Shown: piece after piece, positions 57,858 to 64,000 of the stretch
Numbering within the stretch: position 1 is the first letter of the stretch
Layout: every line of letters starts with the position of its first letter
The notes under the pieces: model-generated
Told to the model about the DNA's origin: nothing
The model's input: only the letters and a program-made list of their open reading frames with translations
Databases searched by the model: none
NCBI RefSeq assembly: GCF_037042905.1
Contig: NC_087251.1
Coordinates: 9,302,001 to 9,366,000, forward strand
DNA from: Lytechinus pictus
Taxonomy: Eukaryota
DNA length: 64,000 nt
Direction: 5' to 3'
Translations under genes and position numbers: made by a program

Positions 57858-58787
57858 TAGACCAAAAGCTTTGGTCTCTGTTATGTTGGTTGTTCCGCTG
57901 AACTACGTTGGCTCCACTCACCAAATACATAGACCGAAGTTAAACTGTCATTTGTACGGGGGCTCAATGGCCACCGCTAATTTCTTGTTTTTCTCCTCGA
58001 TACCGCAATATTTTCCACCAAAAGTTCATAAGTAACGACAGTTTCTTACCCTAAATTCCCGCTTTAAAACTGGCAATCAGGGGATTAACTCTGAAAGTTG
58101 ACACTTGCGACTCGGACTAGTGGGCAGCCATCTTGGTAATGAATAATTCATGAAAAAGTGGCCGACGAAAGTCAGACTCCGCCCCATGACCTTTACGTCA
58201 CACATTAAAGAAGGGGAAAAGAAAGGAGCAGTTAAAGAAACAAAAGAAAAAAGGGGAAATAAATAATAAAAAGAAAAGTAAAACAAAAAAGAGATAAAAC
58301 GAAAGAGAAAGAGATAAAGGAAAAGGGAAAAAAACGTCTAGAATTTTAGTATTCATAAACCCGACGTAAAAGAGATGATCTGATTGGCCAATGGTTTTGA
58401 TACGCAGTTGACCCGGAAGTTCTTCCAACGGCATATGTTTGTGTGTTATATCGACTTCGGATTAACGAGTGAACTAGGAGCTACACGACAGCCGAGGTAA
58501 GTCGCTGTTTTTTTTTCCTTTTCACTTTATTTTTTCCCTCGTTTTTGGCAATTAATGCCAAGAGGGAATATTATTAATTCGCATATTTATTATTTGTCCA
58601 TTTATTTTCATATATATTTATGAAATAAAGACAAATATCGATGAGCCCCGTCGGCGTCGGGGGGAATTTGCATTGTACCTCCCCTAATGGTGGCGACACG
58701 CTAGCGAGCCGTCTGTGTACGAGGAGAAATTAAAAAAATAAAAAAATGTTGAAAAACTCCTCGAAACAGACGGCTGCCAGCTGTCTA
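57858..58787 (+). mobile_element. TAGAC...GTCTA element copy 2 (longest internal region)
   Basis: TAGACCAAAAGCTT ... CGGCTGCCAGCTGTCTA; GGTTGCTAC at 57849-57857 and 58794-58802. Confidence 0.8.
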
Positions 58788-59023
58788 ACGTTAGGTTGCT
58801 ACTTGACTCACTCCTAGTACCAATGAGGTCCAAACATTACATGTATGGACCTCATAGGCGACATCAGTAGTATTTTGTGTTAGAAATCTTTGAGAACAGG
58901 ATATTTCTATATTTATATCACAAGTAGAAGCTATAATTCGTTTCTTTTATTGAAATTTAAATTTTAGTGTGTAAATGCATTGTTAGCAACAACAAAAAAT
59001 GAAAGAAATTAAGGGAAACTTAC

Positions 59024-59150
59024 ATTTTGACGACCTTTTCTTGATTTTCTTGGCAGTTGCTCTTCACTTCTGACTCTCGATCGGAGCTGATATGCAGATC
59101 ACGTGATACGCGTTCTCGTCAGGTGATCGGTTGGTTATTCTTTTCGCCAG
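59024..59150 (-). promoter_or_regulatory. Candidate promoter / non-coding first exon, possibly of ZC3H14
   Basis: Apparently unique CpG-containing segment with E-box TCACGTGA and donor AT|GTAAGT pointing toward ZC3H14. Confidence 0.35.
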
Positions 59151-60444
59151 ACGTTGATAGTTATATATTTCATAACGCTAGCATTCATCGTAAATTTGGG
59201 TGAAAGAGATTGAAGTTAAACAGCGCAAGCTTTAATTTTTTTTTTTAATAACGTTTAATTGATTTCACAAGTTTCGCCTCGGACATGTAGGATCATTTGG
59301 TCCAATATTGGCGTAACGCATAACTACGGGGGGGGGGGGGGGGGGGTGTCCCTACCACTACCATCCACAAGCCAGCAATTATCTTTTTTTCTCTCTTTTT
59401 TTAAACCAAAACCAAAATACTCCCCAGAAAAAAAGGAACCAGGGTTAAAGAGAAAGAGAATAATGATGGAATAAAAAATATTTTATTTTTTCAGCTTTTA
59501 CTGTTTTATTCGACTTATAATCAAATATTAAATGGGGCTTAGAACAGCCTTTTTAAAAGTCAATTAATAAAAAATATTCCTCCTCGGGATTCGAGCTTTC
59601 ATCATCAATCTTTTTCATAACTACGAAAATATTTTAAATGTCCAAAGTTTGTATTGGTATATAAAGCTTTAGCTCATGCGTTGCGCCCGTCTTATTTTAA
59701 TGTTGAGATACAATTTTATGCTTCTAATGAATTCCTAAAAACACTAAATTCTCAGATCCTTTCGCAATCGAATGATTCGATTGAGCTAATGAATGATTAT
59801 TATGTTTCATGAATTGTTTAAAAGGTGTCTCTCTATCAGTTTTGAATATTTAAAAAAAATGCCAGCTCGTGCTTTTTGCTCGCAACATTTTGATTAGTAA
59901 GAAGTTCTTGTAAATGCGAGTTTGATAGATAAATAACTAGAGCGAGAGGGGGGGGGGTCCCTCAGCTACTTGTCCTCGCTTATTCCCAATTTTTTTTATT
60001 ATGCTCGTGTTGTGAGTGTTTCAAAGTCTTTTCTTATTTTTTTACCCTTTTTTATTGTCTCGGATCTTCCCTCTATTTCTTTTAACTATGATGTAGCCCT
60101 TTTTACTTGTTTCAATTCTTTTATGTTCTCATTTCATTGAAAACATAATTATTAAACTGACGTAGAAGACTTTATTACGAAATTTTGATATTGTTTTTTC
60201 TTGTTTGTTTGGCTTTCTTTTTTTCTTCTCCTCATCCTTCTTTTTCTTCTTACTTTTTTCCATTTCCTTATTTTCTCTGTTATTTCAATTCATGAGGCAT
60301 CCTCCAACTTATATACAACATCAAATACATTTAGAGGCGGATATCCAGTGAGGGGGCGTGGTGGTGTGCCCCTCTAAAAAAAGGAGGAAAATATGAAGGG
60401 AAAAAAAGAACTGGTAGGGGAAAAAATAAGAAAAAAAGAAAGAC

Positions 60445-60575
60445 GATGATGGCAATGATTATGATGATGAAAATTATCTTGGTGAAGATGATGGTGGTGG
60501 TGATGGTGGCGGTGATGATGATGATGGTGGTAGTGGTGATGAAGATGAGAATGAAGTTGGTGATGATGATGATGA
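60445..60575. repeat. (GAT/GGT)n microsatellite
   Basis: Imperfect trinucleotide run. Confidence 0.9.
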
Positions 60576-62329
60576 CTAGATGTAATTTGTCTTTGAAAAA
60601 ATTAAGTAGTGCAAAGGTGAATTCATTTAAAGTTTATTATGAAAATAGCAGAAAAAAATAATTTGAAAAATTGGTATGCGTTCGAGGAAAATCCATCCCC
60701 CACCCAAAAAAAAATTAAAGGTGAGATTTCTAAAAAAATTATTTGTAACGGCGTAGGCCTATGCGAGCAGCTATAGGATATAATTATGGTAAAAAAAAGT
60801 AAATGAAATGTCAAGAAATACATGATAATGACTTTTATTGTACATTCAGTATTTCAATAGATAACTTCATACCCCTACTCGTTCCAAAAAGAAAAAAAGT
60901 GGGTCATTACGGACCATTAAAAATGGGAAATTTTGGCATTTTATATTACATAGAATATAGAGCAACTGCTTGTTTATGGCGTCACAAATCAAGCATTCGA
61001 AATTCTATTAACTCCAATTTTAAAAAAAATAATAACACCTTCACCGATATTTTGAAATGATTTTTCTCATTATCACAATATTTTTATCAAGGTGAAATTC
61101 CCCTTTAATTTACAAAACAGTCTCAGCATGATCAGTGTGAAGCGGTAAAAAATTCACCTGATAAGTATAGACCTATCTATAATTCATGCGGCGCGCAGCG
61201 CGTGCGGCAATGTTTAATAACATATTGCTGTGAATAGAATGAATGTCATTAAAAGCATAATCTCACAGATCAAATAATGCCAGCTCGACGCTCGAGCTGA
61301 AAAAATATATTTTGTGCCCTGATAATTTTTAACCCTAACCTAACCCAATTTTTAAGTATTTTTTTATCATAAACGGGATGACTATAGACAATTGATTGAA
61401 AACTTTATATTCTTTGCGAAAATGAATATGAAGGACAACTTTTAAGAACACAGCCCGGAACACAGTTTTAGAGCGTTAGAGCGCGATTTATACCTACAAC
61501 CGCTAAATCCTCATGAAGCAGTTGGAACATTTAGTCCTGATTCAATCAGCTTAATAATTTTTGCAACAGGCGCCAGTCCAACAAACAGACAAACATTTGC
61601 CCAAACGGACAACATCTCAACCTCTGCTCATTTCTTTTTGCACGGGCACATAAAATCTCGACCTACCCATCACTTTTCTCACTATTTTCTCCTCCCTTTT
61701 ATTTTCCATTAATTTATCTTTCGTTTACTTTATTTCTGTCCTCTTTTCCCTTCTATTTTTTTCTCGTCTCACTACTTTTCCTCATCCCCCAGCCCCCGAC
61801 GCCCGTGCAGATTCGCAAACAATATCAAGAGTAGTCCGGGTAGGCAAGGGCGGAAATCTCTCCCGAAAGGTAGGGGGACTAGGGGCTGGAAAATTTGACA
61901 AGCAAAAAAAAAGAAAAAGGTTTATCACCCCAATTTAAAGAAGGTCATCTTGACCAAAAGAAATTTGACAAGCAAACAAGCCCCCCCCCCCCCCAAAAAA
62001 AAAAGGGGACCCCAAAAGTAAGATCGTCTCTTCCAAAATACATGTTTTATTTCGATTTTGAATTAAAGACCAAAAATAGTAGAGGGGCATTTCATAATGT
62101 GCCCCCGACTATTTTGGGTGAGGGGGACATGTCCCCCTGGGATTTGCGCCCATGTGGGTGGGGGTGATGCGCCTCTCTTTCGGAATCATTATGGAAGAGT
62201 GTAAATACGAGTTCGCTGTGATTTCGATCTCATACCTATAAAAAAAAAATTGAACAGCTACGCCTTGAACACAGGCAAAAATGCCTAACGATTTCTCCGC
62301 GGCATTAACAACTCTCGTAAGGGGCGCTC

Positions 62330-62441
62330 CATTTATAAATAAAGTTGCATATGTAGCTGTCTACCGCGACAGGAACAGTCGCAGAATTGAAGCCAGAAGC
62401 GTGGGAAATTGCCAGAAAATTCAAGAAAAGAACCGGTGAGT
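62330..62441 (+). promoter_or_regulatory. Candidate TATA promoter and first exon of a divergent transcript
   Basis: TATAAATA at 62334-62341, purine-rich ~75-nt segment, donor CCG|GTGAGT at 62435/62436. Confidence 0.4.
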
Positions 62442-62620
62442 ACCGATTTAACAGTACTAATTTATTAAGTAACATTTATTGAATCATAAGAAGATTTATT
62501 TTTTAGTAAAACAAAGCTTAGTTCTAAGCTAGGGCGGCCCAAATGCGCGTGAGTGGAGTCCCAGTTTATTAGCACGGGTAAGTATTGGGGTGTCGCCTCG
62601 AGTGCTTGACTATTAAAGCT

Positions 62621-63066
62621 TAGACAGCTGGCAGCCGTCTGTTTCGAGGAGTTTTTTAACATTTTTTTTTTTTTAATTTCTCCTCGTACACAGACGGCTC
62701 GCTAGCGTGCAGCCACCATTAGGGGACTTGCAATGCAAAATCCCCCCGTCGGGGCTCTTCAATTTTTGTCTTTAATGAATAAAAATTTTGAAAATTAACG
62801 CGACCAAAATGCAAATTAATATTCCCTCTTGGCATTAATTGCCAAAAAACGGAGAAAAATCAAGGTAAAAGGAACAAAAACAGTGACTTACCTCGGCTGT
62901 CGCGCAAATTCACTTCCCCGTTTTATCCGATCTTAAGTACATAAACATATGGCCATTGAGTCCCCTGTACAGATCGCGCTAGAACTTCGGTCTCTGTATT
63001 TGGTGAGTGAAGCCAACGGAGTTCAGCTGAACAACCAACATAACAGAGACCGAAGCTTTTGGTCTA
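62621..63066 (-). mobile_element. TAGAC...GTCTA element copy 3
   Basis: Reverse complement of copies 1 and 2, without the copy-2 interior. Confidence 0.85.
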
Positions 63067-63075
63067 GACTAAGCT

Positions 63076-64000
63076 TAGACCAAAAGCTTCGGTCTCTGTT
63101 ATGTTGGTTGTTCAGCTGAACTCCGTTGGCTTCGCTCACCAAATACAGAGACCGAAGTTCTAGCGCGATCTGTACAGGGGACTCAATGGCAATATGTTTA
63201 TTAGACAGGAATAACCGTCGTTTCTGGGGATTTATTCAACAATTTCTGACATTTTACTGTAATCCCCATTTACCGACGGTAGGGTGTACGTGTGGGCTCG
63301 CATGTGTTCTCATTCCCTCCCTTTTGTAAATTCACAGTCCAAAGTTTGATGCAATTTTACACATCGAATTTACAATCTAAGGATGTATAAACAACAAACT
63401 TTTAATTGATGATATTCCAACATTTAAATACTTTAAACGATATAGATGAAAAAGGCATGAAAAATATACTTTACCGATGTTTAATTGGGTTGAACACGAT
63501 AAAAATGGTCAAAATGGCAGCCAAACTATAAAATATTTACAAACGAACGTCAACAATCACGAATGTGATATCGATATTGCTTTCGATATTATACGATCTG
63601 CTCCATATGCGAACGAAACCGAAGATAAACGATACTAGTTATACTAGTACGAGTACTAGTTATAATCGCGATATATCGATTCGAGACATTAAGTTAATAA
63701 CGACAATGACGTCATTCAAGATGGCAACTTGCAAGAAAAACCGTCAGGTCAGGTGAAAATGTCTTAGATGACAGATTTCTCAATCATCCAGAGGATTTTT
63801 TTCAATAACTCCGGCCCAAGGTATGCAATTACTTAAGTTATATATATTTCCCTGATAATGGAAACCATGAAACTTTCAATTTTGCTTAAAAAACAGTTTT
63901 AAATCGCGATCTATAAAACGCTAGTTCACTATACGTTGGCTGTAGGTACGGGGCCCCATCCCCTTCAGTCTATGTATGGTGAGTGGAGCCAACGTAGTTC
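63076..64000 (+). mobile_element. TAGAC element copy 4 (left arm 63076-63200; inverted arm begins ~63960 and runs off the window)
   Basis: TAGACCAAAAGCTTCGGTCTCTG...; the window end GGTGAGTGGAGCCAACGTAGTTC is the reverse complement of the arm. Confidence 0.6.

Noticed and set aside
60446..60661. Met/Val-rich ORF
   Set aside because: Translation of a (GAT/GGT)n microsatellite.

Overview
AT-rich animal genomic DNA, not prokaryotic. The repeat landscape looks like a sea urchin or other echinoderm (inference). The window is dominated by one minus-strand spliced gene, ZC3H14/Nab2 (nuclear poly(A)-binding protein). Thirteen phase-compatible GT-AG exons from 51926 down to 7825 (2687 nt, 895 codons) encode an N-terminal PWI-like domain, a long disordered linker and five CCCH zinc fingers. 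The start-codon exon and the terminal exon could not be fixed. Introns and the upstream region are packed with non-autonomous elements: Helentron/HINE-like elements, TTAA MITEs, Harbinger-like MITEs, TAG...CTA elements, SINEs and decayed LINE/LTR fragments. There is also a 2.6-kb composite 39/57-bp minisatellite. The most unusual observations are three. (1) Three unrelated-sequence elements share a ~150-nt hairpin with a C-GNA-G triloop and repeated tandem G.A pairs, plus short inverted arms and, where testable, no TSD, suggesting ssDNA-folded tyrosine-recombinase substrates. (2) A TSD-flanked SINE has a 7SL-like head. (3) A candidate micro/poison exon lies inside zinc finger 2. All calls are by eye; no database searches were run.
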